Positions 8,859 to 18,300 of a stretch of 47,883 nucleotides of DNA are shown one piece after another. The translations under genes and the position numbers were made by a program. The stretch covers positions 1 through 47,883 of the forward strand of contig JBHHYI010000010.1 of NCBI GenBank assembly GCA_046757525.1, in the 5' to 3' direction. Every line of letters starts with the position of its first letter. The stretch's first letter is position 1. The notes under the pieces were generated by a model, which saw only the letters and a program-made list of their open reading frames with translations, was not told the origin of the DNA and searched no databases. Origin of the DNA: a bacterium (GTDB lineage: Bacteria > Zhuqueibacterota > Zhuqueibacteria > Oceanimicrobiales > Oceanimicrobiaceae).

Positions 8859-9572
8859 ATGATGAGAGCTTCTGCACTGTTGGAACACTTTCATCCTTAC
8901 CTCGAAGCCGTTATCGACTTCGTCTATCCGCCTTACTGCATTTTGTGCGAGGCCCACCTTAACGGCACGGCTAAAGTGATTTGCGACGAATGCTGGCATG
9001 CGTTGCCGCTTTATGATAATTCGCAGGATGTTTTCAAAGCGCTGAGAATCGCCGCACAAGATTGTGGCCTTCAGAACATTTTGTCGGCTTGGGAATACTG
9101 CGACGCAGTAGAAACCATTATTCATGAAATGAAATATTTTAGAAAAAAGTGCCTGTCAGCAAAAATTGGGACGGAAATGGCCAGAGTGATGCAGCAAAAC
9201 CAGGGATATGGCAGAGTTGACTTACTCATTCCTGTACCGCTGCACCGCACCAGGTTGCGGGACCGTGGGTTTAATCAAAGCCTGCTTTTGGCCCGGCAGA
9301 TTAGCCTGGCCTTAGGAATGCCCGTCTTGACCGATGTGCTCGTCAGAAAGCGTAACACCAGACCGCAGTCGAACCTTGGCCCGGGCGAGCGCAGGAAAAA
9401 CGTTGACGGAGCTTTTGAAGTGACTAAAGCCGTTTCCTTGGTTGGCAAAGTCGTAGTTCTGGTTGACGACGTGTTGACCACAGGCGCTACTTTGGCAGCT
9501 TGTGCCAGAACGCTGCACCGGTCTAAAGCGCGCCGAATCCTGGGCATAACGGCTGCAAAAACTGTGTTGTGA
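8859..9572 (+). CDS. comF: ComF family protein (zinc ribbon + phosphoribosyltransferase-like)
   Basis: DFVYPPYCILC..CDEC, PVPLH..RLRDRGFNQS, VVLVDDVLTTGAT. Confidence 0.92.
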   Translation: MMRASALLEHFHPYLEAVIDFVYPPYCILCEAHLNGTAKVICDECWHALPLYDNSQDVFKALRIAAQDCGLQNILSAWEYCDAVETIIHEMKYFRKKCLSAKIGTEMARVMQQNQGYGRVDLLIPVPLHRTRLRDRGFNQSLLLARQISLALGMPVLTDVLVRKRNTRPQSNLGPGERRKNVDGAFEVTKAVSLVGKVVVLVDDVLTTGATLAACARTLHRSKARRILGITAAKTVL

Positions 9573-9655
9573 AAGTTGACCAACAAGCGAAGAGCCTGCT
9601 GTAATGTGCTATTTTGACTGAGCTTGTTTGCGCAAGTAGTCGTTGGAATTTGTGC

Positions 9656-9684
9656 TTGACATTTTTTCAAAATATTGTTATTTT
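9656..9684 (+). promoter_or_regulatory. sigma70-type promoter for the gap operon
   Basis: TTGACA-17 nt-TATTTT with extended -10 TG. Confidence 0.65.
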
Positions 9685-9865
9685 AGCTGAGTTTTTTTCT
9701 TCCGGCCATTTTGGAAGCGGAGTATTGCCTACTCTCTATTTCAAGAACAACATATTGCCTTGTCAATTAAACGGCATTTTGAAAACAAAGACCTTTTTGG
9801 GAACAATCAACTCCCCGTGATTGAGCGTAACTGCAGCACGACCAAGCTAAAAGGAGAATATAAAC

Positions 9866-10876
9866 ATGGCAGTTAAAGTTGGCATCAATGGATTTGGTAG
9901 GATTGGACGGAACATCTTCAGGGCAGCCATCAAACAACATTCAGACAATATTGACTTTGTGGCGGTGAATGATATCACCGATTCGAGAACTTTGGCGCAC
10001 CTGTTGAAGTACGACTCGAATTTTGGCATTTTAGAGGAGGAAGTAAGGACCGAGGAGGACCAAATATTCGTCGATGGCAAACCGATTAAGGTGCTCGCCT
10101 GCACTGACCCGGCACAATTGCCCTGGGGCGACCTGGGGGTGGAAATCGTCGTGGAGTCGACCGGCCGCTTTACAGCGCGCGACGACGCGAAAAAACACCT
10201 GGATCAAGGCGCCAAAAAAGTGATCATCAGCGCGCCGGCAAAGGGGCCGGACATCACCATCGTCATGGGCGTGAACGACGGCAAATATGACCCGGCGCAG
10301 CATCATATTATTTCTAACGCCTCCTGCACCACCAACTGTTTGACGCCCGTGGTAAAGGTCGTCATGGACAATTTTGGAATCGTGCGAGGGCTGATGACCA
10401 CCATTCATTCTTATACCAACGACCAGCGCATTCTTGACTTACCGCACAAGGATTTGAGAAGAGCGCGCGCAGCGGCGTTGTCCATGATTCCGACGACCAC
10501 GGGCGCAGCACGAGCTGTTGCTGAAGTCATTCCCGAGCTCAAGGGCAGAATGGATGGGATGGCCATTCGAGTGCCCACGCCAAATGTTTCATTGGTCGAT
10601 GTTGTTTTTATTTTGGAGAAGAGTACGACTGTTGAAGAGATGAATGGCGCCTTCCGAAGAGCTTCTGAAAATGAACTCAAAGGCGTGTTGGGGTATACCG
10701 AGGAGCCGCTGGTTTCCAAAGATTTCAACGGCAACCCCCATTCTTCGTTTGTCGACGGCCTTTCGACCAATGTCACCGGGGGCACGCTGGCGAAGGTGCT
10801 GTCGTGGTACGACAACGAGTGGGGCTTTTCTAACCGGGTGGTGGATCTGATCGAGCACATTGCTCCTTTGCTTTAG
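9866..10876 (+). CDS. gap: type I glyceraldehyde-3-phosphate dehydrogenase
   Basis: [35 protein letters not shown]. Confidence 0.98.
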   Translation: MAVKVGINGFGRIGRNIFRAAIKQHSDNIDFVAVNDITDSRTLAHLLKYDSNFGILEEEVRTEEDQIFVDGKPIKVLACTDPAQLPWGDLGVEIVVESTGRFTARDDAKKHLDQGAKKVIISAPAKGPDITIVMGVNDGKYDPAQHHIISNASCTTNCLTPVVKVVMDNFGIVRGLMTTIHSYTNDQRILDLPHKDLRRARAAALSMIPTTTGAARAVAEVIPELKGRMDGMAIRVPTPNVSLVDVVFILEKSTTVEEMNGAFRRASENELKGVLGYTEEPLVSKDFNGNPHSSFVDGLSTNVTGGTLAKVLSWYDNEWGFSNRVVDLIEHIAPLL

Positions 10877-10981
10877 TGCGTCGTTGAACAGGGATTCCCG
10901 TTGCACTCGAGACAGTTCAAAATGGGAACCGACTTGCAACCTGGTAAAGTACAATAAATGTAATTTCAATGGCTTCTACTG

Positions 10982-11755
10982 ATGACGAAACGACGGATGA
11001 TTATCGGCGGTAACTGGAAAATGCACAAGACGCCCAGCGAGGCCGTTTCAACGGCAAAGGCATTAAAAGTAAAATTGATCAACATAAAGAGCGTTGACGT
11101 AGTGGTGTGCCCACCGTTTACGGATTTGCTTGGGGTGCGGGAGATTCTCAAAGAGTCGGCAGTCAAATTGGGTGGGCAGAATATCCATTGGGCGGACCAG
11201 GGGGCCTTCACAGGCGAGGTCTCGGCGCACATGTTGAAAGACGCCGGTTGTGAGTTTGTCATCCTTGGGCATTCTGAAAGGCGTCACATCTTTGGCGAAA
11301 AGGATGACGAGATCAATAGGAAAGTGCAGAAGGCGCTCGAGGTAGGTTTGAAGCCGATTTTTTGTGTCGGTGAAACTCTGGAACAAAGAAAGAGCGGTCT
11401 GACCAAGCAAGTTGTGGGAGAACAGATCAGAGGTGGACTGGCCGGGGTAGATCTGGCCGACTCTGCTGCTGTGGTCGTTGCCTACGAGCCTGTTTGGGCG
11501 ATTGGCACGGGAGAAAATGCCACGCCAGCCCAGGCAGAAGAGGTGCACGGCTTTATTCGCGAATTGCTGGCAGAGCTATATGGAGAGTCGCTGGCAAGTG
11601 GACTGAGAATTCAATACGGCGGCAGCGTTAAGCCTGCCAACGCCAGGGAGCTCTTGCAGCAGGAAAATGTGGACGGAGCGTTGGTCGGCGGTGCCAGTCT
11701 TGAAGCCGACAGTTTTGCGGGAATAGTCAAGGCGGCGGAAGTTGTATTAAATTAG
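10982..11755 (+). CDS. tpiA: triosephosphate isomerase
   Basis: GNWKM, GHSERR, AYEPVWAIGTG, YGGSV, LVGGASL. Confidence 0.98.
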   Translation: MTKRRMIIGGNWKMHKTPSEAVSTAKALKVKLINIKSVDVVVCPPFTDLLGVREILKESAVKLGGQNIHWADQGAFTGEVSAHMLKDAGCEFVILGHSERRHIFGEKDDEINRKVQKALEVGLKPIFCVGETLEQRKSGLTKQVVGEQIRGGLAGVDLADSAAVVVAYEPVWAIGTGENATPAQAEEVHGFIRELLAELYGESLASGLRIQYGGSVKPANARELLQQENVDGALVGGASLEADSFAGIVKAAEVVLN

Positions 11756-11825
11756 TGCGTGACCGAGCAACAAAATGTGAGTTTTCGTGCAAACGCTTGT
11801 TTATTATTATTAGGAAAGAGAAAAC

Positions 11826-12200
11826 ATGTATACATTAATTTTAATGATCTTTGTGATCGTGTGTATTGCGTTAACCGTGGTGATTTTGTTGCAATCGAGC
11901 AAGGGGGGCGGTTTAGCCGGGGCCTTTGGTGGTGGCGGCGGGATGGGTGCCGTATTCGGGGGACGCGGTGCGGCAACCTTCCTGAGTCGTGTTACTTCAA
12001 TTCTGGCAACGGCCTTTTTGTTGATCTCGCTGATCCTTTCTCTGTTAAACAAACAGCACACCGCCGCGAAAGGCTTGGTTGAGCAGCAGCAGGCGAAAGC
12101 AAGTTCTGTTCCCGCTGCAAATCTGCCGTTGCCAGCGGGCAGCGCACCACAGATCTCACCGGTGTCTCCGCAGCCCGCCTCTGGTGATTCCGTACCATGA
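11826..12200 (+). CDS. secG: preprotein translocase subunit SecG
   Basis: Two TM helices flanking ILLQSSKGGGLAGAFGG; tpiA-secG-tRNA-Leu synteny. Confidence 0.95.
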   Translation: MYTLILMIFVIVCIALTVVILLQSSKGGGLAGAFGGGGGMGAVFGGRGAATFLSRVTSILATAFLLISLILSLLNKQHTAAKGLVEQQQAKASSVPAANLPLPAGSAPQISPVSPQPASGDSVP

Positions 12201-12212
12201 ATAAAGTGAATT

Positions 12213-12295
<83 letters not shown>

Positions 12296-12336
12296 CGATC
12301 GATTTGAGAATTAATAAATTCAAGGGAGGTATTTTT

Positions 12337-13383
12337 ATGAAGTCATCAGCAAAATTCAATATGGGAATGCTTCTTGTACTATTCTTTAGCGTGTTCATAA
12401 CCAGTTTTGCTTTTTCTCAGGACTTAACCCAACAACGGCAAGAAAAAACTAAACGTGTAAAGCAAATTGATGTGGAGCTCAACAAGGGCCTGTCTCCCGA
12501 TCAAGACGCCAAGCTCAGAAGCGAACGCGAAAAGCTGGTCAAAGAAATTGAAGAGCTCAACAAAAAGATCATGGCCGATGCCGAAATCATGAAGAAGATT
12601 AATGCTGTAAAAAAGGAATACAACAACGGCAACATGGCTTACAAGCAAGGCCAGTACAAACAAGCCATTGAGCACTATGATCAAGCCATTGCATGGGATT
12701 CCACATTTGCAAAAGCGTACTATGGCAAAGGTCTCACCTTAAAAAAGACTCGAAAATATAAGGAAGCCATAAAAGCGTATGAAGCGGCCATCCGTCAGGA
12801 TCAAGCTTATACCGAAGCTTATTTTGCCCTGGGGAAAATACTGAGCAAAACCGGTCAATTCAATAAGGCAATAAAGACTTATGAAAACGCCATTGCCAAT
12901 GACCCAAGGTCTTACAGGTCCTACTACGAATTAGGAAGGATCTATTTAAGAAAGAAAAACTTCAAAAAGGCTGCTGGCGCATTTTCAAAGGCGACGCAGA
13001 TAAATCCCAATTATTCCACGGCATTTCTTAGCCTGGGAGTGAGTTTGAGCGAGCTTGGCAAGTTCGATGACGCCATTTTTGCTCTGGAAAGTGCTTTGGC
13101 TTTAAAAGAAAATTGGGCCGCGCCGTATTATCGATTAGCGGTCATTTACAACAAGAAAGGAAGCTTCAGAGAAGCCAAGAAAGCGGCACTAAATGCTTTG
13201 AAATTTAGGAAAAGATATGCCCCGGCGGCTTATGAAGCTGGCAAGGCAAGCAAGGGAATGGGGCAGCTCAGTGAAGCGGTTAAGTATTTTGAGATTGCTG
13301 CCAAAGACAGAAATTGGAGACGTGCAGCGGACTACGAAATCGATCTCATAAAAAATCGACACAAATACGGCGGTAGAAATTAA
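12337..13383 (+). CDS. exported tetratricopeptide repeat protein
   Basis: Signal peptide ending AFS, coiled coil, multiple TPRs (AYYGKG, AYFALG, SYYELG, AFLSLG); start set at ATG 12337 after GGAGG. Confidence 0.85.
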   Translation: MKSSAKFNMGMLLVLFFSVFITSFAFSQDLTQQRQEKTKRVKQIDVELNKGLSPDQDAKLRSEREKLVKEIEELNKKIMADAEIMKKINAVKKEYNNGNMAYKQGQYKQAIEHYDQAIAWDSTFAKAYYGKGLTLKKTRKYKEAIKAYEAAIRQDQAYTEAYFALGKILSKTGQFNKAIKTYENAIANDPRSYRSYYELGRIYLRKKNFKKAAGAFSKATQINPNYSTAFLSLGVSLSELGKFDDAIFALESALALKENWAAPYYRLAVIYNKKGSFREAKKAALNALKFRKRYAPAAYEAGKASKGMGQLSEAVKYFEIAAKDRNWRRAADYEIDLIKNRHKYGGRN

Positions 13384-13408
13384 TAAAGCCCATATTGCAT
13401 TCTGAATG

Positions 13409-13444
13409 AAACGCCCACCCATCATTAGGTGGGTGTTTTGTTTT
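13409..13444 (+). terminator. intrinsic terminator
   Basis: AAACGCCCACC-loop-GGTGGGTGTTT followed by TGTTTT, just after the TPR gene. Confidence 0.7.
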
Positions 13445-13481
13445 GAGAGAGCAGCAAATCTGTTTAATCATAGCGGGAAAA

Positions 13482-15179
13482 ATGCCTATGGATCGACCAT
13501 GGTTGCGGTTTTATGAAAAAGGAATTCCGCGCTCGTTGAATATTCCGGATATCTCCATGACAGACTTATTCGACCAGGCTGTTGCAGAGAATCCGAGTGG
13601 TGTGGTGATCTCTTACTTCGGCAAAAAAATGACTTTTGCGGAGTTGGGGAGAAGCGTCGAACAGTTCGCCATCGCACTCTCACGTTTGGGAGTCCGAGAA
13701 GGCGACCGGGTAGCGCTGATCATGCCCAATATCCCGCAATATCCCATTGCACATTTTGCCGTGATGAAGTTGGGGGCTGTTTTGGTGCCAACCAACCCTC
13801 TTTATGTGGAACGGGAATTAGAGTACCAGCTAAACAACAGCGAGGCTGAAACCGCCGTGGTCCTGGATCTGGTTTACCCAAAAGTTGCAAAGATTAAACA
13901 CAAAACCGCTTTGAACAACATCATTGTAACCAGTGTGCACGAATACTTCCCCTGGTTGCTCAAGTGGCTTTATCCAATCAAGGCCAAAACAGATGGGAAG
14001 TGGGTCAAAATAGACAGGGGCCCTGGCACGCATTTTTTTCGGGACCTGATGCAGGAAAAATTCCCGGTTCCATTGCCGAAGGTAGATATAAAGGCTAAAG
14101 ATACGGCAATGCTTTTGTATACCGGCGGGACAACTGGCGTGTCGAAAGGCGCGGTTTTGACACACAAGAATTTTGTTGCCAATGTCATGCAAACCCGGCA
14201 TTGGTATTCCGGTCTTGAAGAAGGCAAAGAAGTGATCGTCTGCGCCTTGCCGTTTTTTCACAGTTACGGGCTGACCACCTGTCTCCATTTCGCCATCTAT
14301 TTAAAATCCACCATGGTCTTGATTCCCAACCCCCGGGATGTGAAATTCGTCCTCAAGTCGATTCAGAAGAACCATGCCACGCTCTTTTCGGGTGTGCCCA
14401 CGCTTTATGTGGCCATCAACAATTTTGCCAACGTAGGGAAATATGACCTCTCGTCAATCAAGAAGTGTGTGAGCGGCGGTGCCCCACTTCCTTTAACCGT
14501 GGCCAAGGAGTTTGAATCGATTACTGGGGGCAAATTGGTGGAAGGTTACGGCCTTTCCGAAACTTCGCCGGTAACTCACGTCAACCCGATCAACAGCAAG
14601 CGCAAAGAGGGGTCCATAGGCCTGCCGGTCCCGAATACCGACGCCCGGGTGGTGGATCCTGAAACCAAGAAGCCGCTTCCGGTTGGAGAAGTCGGGGAAC
14701 TGGCAGTCAAAGGTCCGCAAGTCATGAAGGGCTACTGGAAAATGGAAGCAGCCACCAAAGAGGTGCTAAGGAATGGTTGGCTGTACACTGGCGATATGGC
14801 CAGAATGGATGAAGAGGGCTATTTTTATATTGTCGACCGCAAGAAGGACATGATCATTGCGGGAGGCTTTAACATTTTCCCACGAGAAGTTGAGGAAGTC
14901 CTCTTCGAACATCCGAAGATCTTAGAGGCAGCAGTGATCGGTGTGCCTGATGAATATCGTGGAGAAACAGTTAAAGCCTTCATCGTTTGCAAACGGGGAG
15001 AAACGTTAACAGAAGAAGAAGTGATTGAATACTGTAAGGAGAAAATGGCTCCTTTCAAGGCGCCTAAATTGGTTGAGTTTCGGCAAGGACTGCCGAAGAG
15101 TAATATTGGAAAAGTATTGAGAAGGGTTTTAGCCGAAGAGGAAAAAGCCAAAGCAAGGGTTCCCCAGAACTTGCAATAG
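13482..15179 (+). CDS. fadD: long-chain-fatty-acid--CoA ligase
   Basis: YTGGTTGVSKG, SGGAPL, EGYGLSE, GWLYTGD, DRKKDMI, PKSNIGKVLRR; start at ATG 13482 or 13488 rather than TTG 13443. Confidence 0.92.
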   Translation: MPMDRPWLRFYEKGIPRSLNIPDISMTDLFDQAVAENPSGVVISYFGKKMTFAELGRSVEQFAIALSRLGVREGDRVALIMPNIPQYPIAHFAVMKLGAVLVPTNPLYVERELEYQLNNSEAETAVVLDLVYPKVAKIKHKTALNNIIVTSVHEYFPWLLKWLYPIKAKTDGKWVKIDRGPGTHFFRDLMQEKFPVPLPKVDIKAKDTAMLLYTGGTTGVSKGAVLTHKNFVANVMQTRHWYSGLEEGKEVIVCALPFFHSYGLTTCLHFAIYLKSTMVLIPNPRDVKFVLKSIQKNHATLFSGVPTLYVAINNFANVGKYDLSSIKKCVSGGAPLPLTVAKEFESITGGKLVEGYGLSETSPVTHVNPINSKRKEGSIGLPVPNTDARVVDPETKKPLPVGEVGELAVKGPQVMKGYWKMEAATKEVLRNGWLYTGDMARMDEEGYFYIVDRKKDMIIAGGFNIFPREVEEVLFEHPKILEAAVIGVPDEYRGETVKAFIVCKRGETLTEEEVIEYCKEKMAPFKAPKLVEFRQGLPKSNIGKVLRRVLAEEEKAKARVPQNLQ

Positions 15180-15285
15180 AACGTCTCCCGGCCACGGTTG
15201 GTTTTGCCTATATATTATATTTTAAAAATATGTGTTGGATTTTTGGGTGTGAATAATTAATTTCATTATTGAAATCCTTGATTGA

Positions 15286-16194
15286 ATGCAGCCCAATATG
15301 CCCGCAGAAGTGATGACCTCTGAATCTATTAAAGTTGAGCACATACCAGGATCTGAGCGACTTGTCCGCATTCTTTTACCTAACGCTCTCGAAGACATTT
15401 TGCTAATCCACGATCTGCAAATTGTTATCGAGGATTGCCTGAACAATGGGATCTTTAACTTCATCTTAGATTTTAAGAATATTCAACAACCAACGTCGAA
15501 TCTCACTGCCTTGATCATAGAGAAAACCTCGGTTGCACGACGGCAGAACGGCGACATTAAACTGGTCAATGTCAATCACACGGCCAGGAATAATCTGGAG
15601 TCTTTCACCCCTCTCGGCTATCTCTCTCTACTCAAAAAAGAAAGCTATGCGGTGGAAGAGTTCCAAAAAAAGAGCCTGAGAAAATCTGTATTTAGTGCCG
15701 ACGACATCGCTGAAGTGCCCATTGTTGAAAAGTTGCAACAAAAGGTCAAAAGCGGAGAACAGGGGCGCGAAAGCTACCTGCGTGTGCAGAGCGTTTCTTC
15801 GAATCTATACAAGATCTGTGACTTTATTACGCAGCATGCTGAGTACGCCGGAATGAACGTCAAGGATATCGGCAAGACCAAAATTGCCGTTTATGAAGCC
15901 AGCCTGAACATCATAGAGCATGCCTATCATTCAGACCCGGACAATTGGATTGATGTCTGGGTCGAGTCAGATCCGCAGCGCTTTATCATTTATATTAAAG
16001 ACTACGGTACGGGTTTCGAGCTCAATCATCACAATGAATACGATGTGAAAGCGGCGATGGAAGGGCGCCAAACCGGAGGCTTTGGACTTTACATTATTAG
16101 AAGGTCCATGGATGAGGTGGACTATGAGGCTGATGCTATTAATGGGAATAGATTGAAGCTGGTAAAGTATTTAAATAGTGAAACCCTTGGTTGA
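15286..16194 (+). CDS. STAS (anti-anti-sigma)-like domain fused to RsbW-type anti-sigma Ser kinase (HATPase_c_2)
   Basis: N-term FILDFKNI...RRQNGDIKLVNV; C-term AVYEASLNIIEHAY, DYGTGF, GGFGLYIIRRSMDEV, GNRLKLVK; start could be 15298 or 15313. Confidence 0.8.
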   Translation: MQPNMPAEVMTSESIKVEHIPGSERLVRILLPNALEDILLIHDLQIVIEDCLNNGIFNFILDFKNIQQPTSNLTALIIEKTSVARRQNGDIKLVNVNHTARNNLESFTPLGYLSLLKKESYAVEEFQKKSLRKSVFSADDIAEVPIVEKLQQKVKSGEQGRESYLRVQSVSSNLYKICDFITQHAEYAGMNVKDIGKTKIAVYEASLNIIEHAYHSDPDNWIDVWVESDPQRFIIYIKDYGTGFELNHHNEYDVKAAMEGRQTGGFGLYIIRRSMDEVDYEADAINGNRLKLVKYLNSETLG

Positions 16195-16381
16195 AGAAAT
16201 AAGAGAATTTCAAAAAAACAAGAATAGATTAGGCGCCCTATTCATTTTTTTTGGGGTTTTGGGATTGGTATTACCTATTCTTCCTGGGATCGCTTTGTTG
16301 GCTTTGGGTTTGCTTTTGGTTTTTCCACGACAAGGGGAAGCCTATGTTCAAAGAATTCGCAGTTTTATCGGTTTAGGTTGA
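16178..16381 (+). CDS. small membrane protein (PGPGW/DUF454-like)
   Basis: GVLGLVLPILPGIALLALGL hairpin membrane segment; overlaps upstream stop. Confidence 0.7.
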   Translation: MKPLVEEIREFQKNKNRLGALFIFFGVLGLVLPILPGIALLALGLLLVFPRQGEAYVQRIRSFIGLG

Positions 16382-16448
16382 TAGCCTCCTTCTGGCATCA
16401 TCCACGTTGGTATCCTTCAGCCTGTTAGAGCAATATTAGAGGAACGTC

Positions 16449-17984
16449 ATGAAGGGAAAAGCACATTATTCTCGAACTTTGCTGGCTGTTTTGTTTTTAG
16501 CGGCTGTCATCGGATTGGTTTTGACAACTGGTCCAGGTGTGGAGAGGTCACGACAGACCGCTGTTGCGTTGCTGCCTCAGCCCGAGGTGGTTTTGGGATC
16601 GCAGGACAAGGTTCCACGAAAGCTGTTAGAGCTTCAAAACACCAGCGATGCGTTTGTCTATGTGGCTAAACAAATCCTCCCCACCGTGGTTTCCATCCAG
16701 AGCACGCGCATCGTACGTTCCAGCGATTTAGAGCGATTTCACGACCGGGAGGATCTGAAAGATTTGTTTCGCTTTAGATTTCCAAAAAAATTTCGGCAGC
16801 AAGGTTCGGGTTCTGGCATCATCATATCCAGTAAAGGACATATTCTGACCAACGTGCACGTGGTAGATCGTTCGGAAAAATTGCTGGTCACTTTGTACGA
16901 TAACCGGGAATTCGACGCCAATATTGTGGGAGCCGACCCGTTGACGGAAGTGGCCGTTATCAAAATTGACGCAGCCGATTTGCCGGTTGCCAGACTGGGC
17001 AGTTCCGAAGAAGTCAAGGTTGGGCAATGGGTCCTGGCTATTGGGAATCCGTTGGAATTGCGGTCAACGGTGACTGCTGGAATTATTAGCGCCAAAGAGC
17101 GTCAAATCGATATCATCAGGGATACTTTTGGGATTGAAAGTTTTTTGCAGACCGATGCGGCCATCAATCCGGGCAACAGCGGTGGGCCGTTGGTTAATCT
17201 CAGGGGCGAAGTCATTGGGGTAAACACAGCCATTGCCACAGAATCTGGCTACAATGCCGGATTTGGGTTTGCTATTCCAATCGATTTAGCCAAGAAAATC
17301 ATGGCCGACCTGATTCATAAGGGCAGCGTGGAGCGGGGTTATTTGGGCATCGGGATGCGAAATATTGACGAAAAAATGGCGAAAGCTCTACATTTGGATC
17401 GCCCCGAAGGCGTGTTCATCAGCGAGGTGTTAGAGGGTGGACCGGCTGTAACAGCAGGAATTAAATCCAAAGACGTGCTGGTTGGTATTGGTAATCACCA
17501 TGTCAACAAAAGCAATCAGGTACAAGCGATCATCGCAACAAAAAGCCCGGGCGACGTCGTGCGGCTGAGCTTAATCAGAAAGGGCAAGCGCATGACCCTG
17601 GATGTTACCTTGGGTGAGAATTCCTTGCAGGAGGCCAATCAAGATTATAACAGCGTTGAGGATTCTGACAGCAAAGTCAGGGAGAACGAGTTCAAAGAAT
17701 TGGGCTTGCGGGTGAAGGACTTGAGCCGGGAGGATGCTGCAAGACTGAATTTCACTGGCAGAGCGGGGGTGTTAATCACCGAGGCGCAAAGCTTCAGCCC
17801 TGCGGATGAGGCGGGTCTCCTTGCGGACGACATCTTAATTGAGATCGACGACGTTGCCGTTGAGAATGGTGCAATTTTTCATGAAGTTGTGGCCGGGCTT
17901 CCGAAGGGCTCGGTTTCCATATTCACCATCGTGCGCAACAGGGACAAACACCATGTTTTTGTAGAGATTCCAGGGGATGACTGA
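16449..17984 (+). CDS. HtrA/DegP (Do) family serine protease with two PDZ domains; Glu at the catalytic Asp position
   Basis: GSGIII, TNVHV, GADPLTEVAVIK, QTDAAINPGNSGG, two PDZ-like domains. Confidence 0.92.
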   Translation: MKGKAHYSRTLLAVLFLAAVIGLVLTTGPGVERSRQTAVALLPQPEVVLGSQDKVPRKLLELQNTSDAFVYVAKQILPTVVSIQSTRIVRSSDLERFHDREDLKDLFRFRFPKKFRQQGSGSGIIISSKGHILTNVHVVDRSEKLLVTLYDNREFDANIVGADPLTEVAVIKIDAADLPVARLGSSEEVKVGQWVLAIGNPLELRSTVTAGIISAKERQIDIIRDTFGIESFLQTDAAINPGNSGGPLVNLRGEVIGVNTAIATESGYNAGFGFAIPIDLAKKIMADLIHKGSVERGYLGIGMRNIDEKMAKALHLDRPEGVFISEVLEGGPAVTAGIKSKDVLVGIGNHHVNKSNQVQAIIATKSPGDVVRLSLIRKGKRMTLDVTLGENSLQEANQDYNSVEDSDSKVRENEFKELGLRVKDLSREDAARLNFTGRAGVLITEAQSFSPADEAGLLADDILIEIDDVAVENGAIFHEVVAGLPKGSVSIFTIVRNRDKHHVFVEIPGDD

Positions 17985-18035
17985 GAAAAAAGTGACACCC
18001 GTATCCCCGGTTTCTAACAGTTTTCAATACCTCAC

Positions 18036-18063
18036 AAGGCAGAGTTTAATTCTGCCTTTTTTT
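18036..18063 (+). terminator. intrinsic terminator
   Basis: AAGGCAGAG-TTTAA-TTCTGCCTT followed by a T run. Confidence 0.8.
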
Positions 18064-18084
18064 GTTTAGATTTTCAAACACAAC

Positions 18085-18174
18085 TGACAGAATGGCATGC
18101 AGGGAGGCTGAGTGACAGTAAGACGGATATGTCCTGCCATCATAACAACCTGTTAAGTATCTGGCATTATGTCG
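18085..18174. promoter_or_regulatory. cluster of TGNCA-N3-TGNCA-like boxes (candidate activator sites)
   Basis: TGACAgaaTGGCA (18085), TGACAgtaAGACG (18113), TGCCAtcaTAACA (18135), TGGCAttaTGTCG (18162). Confidence 0.45.
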
Positions 18175-18194
18175 ATTAACTATGCTCCAGCGCC

Positions 18195-18210
18195 TGGCAT
18201 ATTAATTGCT
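18195..18210 (+). promoter_or_regulatory. sigma54 (-24/-12) promoter for dnaJ-htrA-fmdB
   Basis: TGGCATATTAATTGCT; GG-N10-GC spacing exact; downstream of a terminator. Confidence 0.75.
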
Positions 18211-18300
18211 AAAGAGCAATGGGGCAAAACAAGGTAGGCATTTTGGCAGGCGTGTTTGCCGCACTTTACCGGTTAGTCTATTGTTACAGTTTCTGAGGGC

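Noticed and set aside
18243..18260. Additional sigma54-like site TGGCAGGCGTGTTTGC before dnaJ
   Set aside because: GG-to-GC spacing is 11, not the required 10
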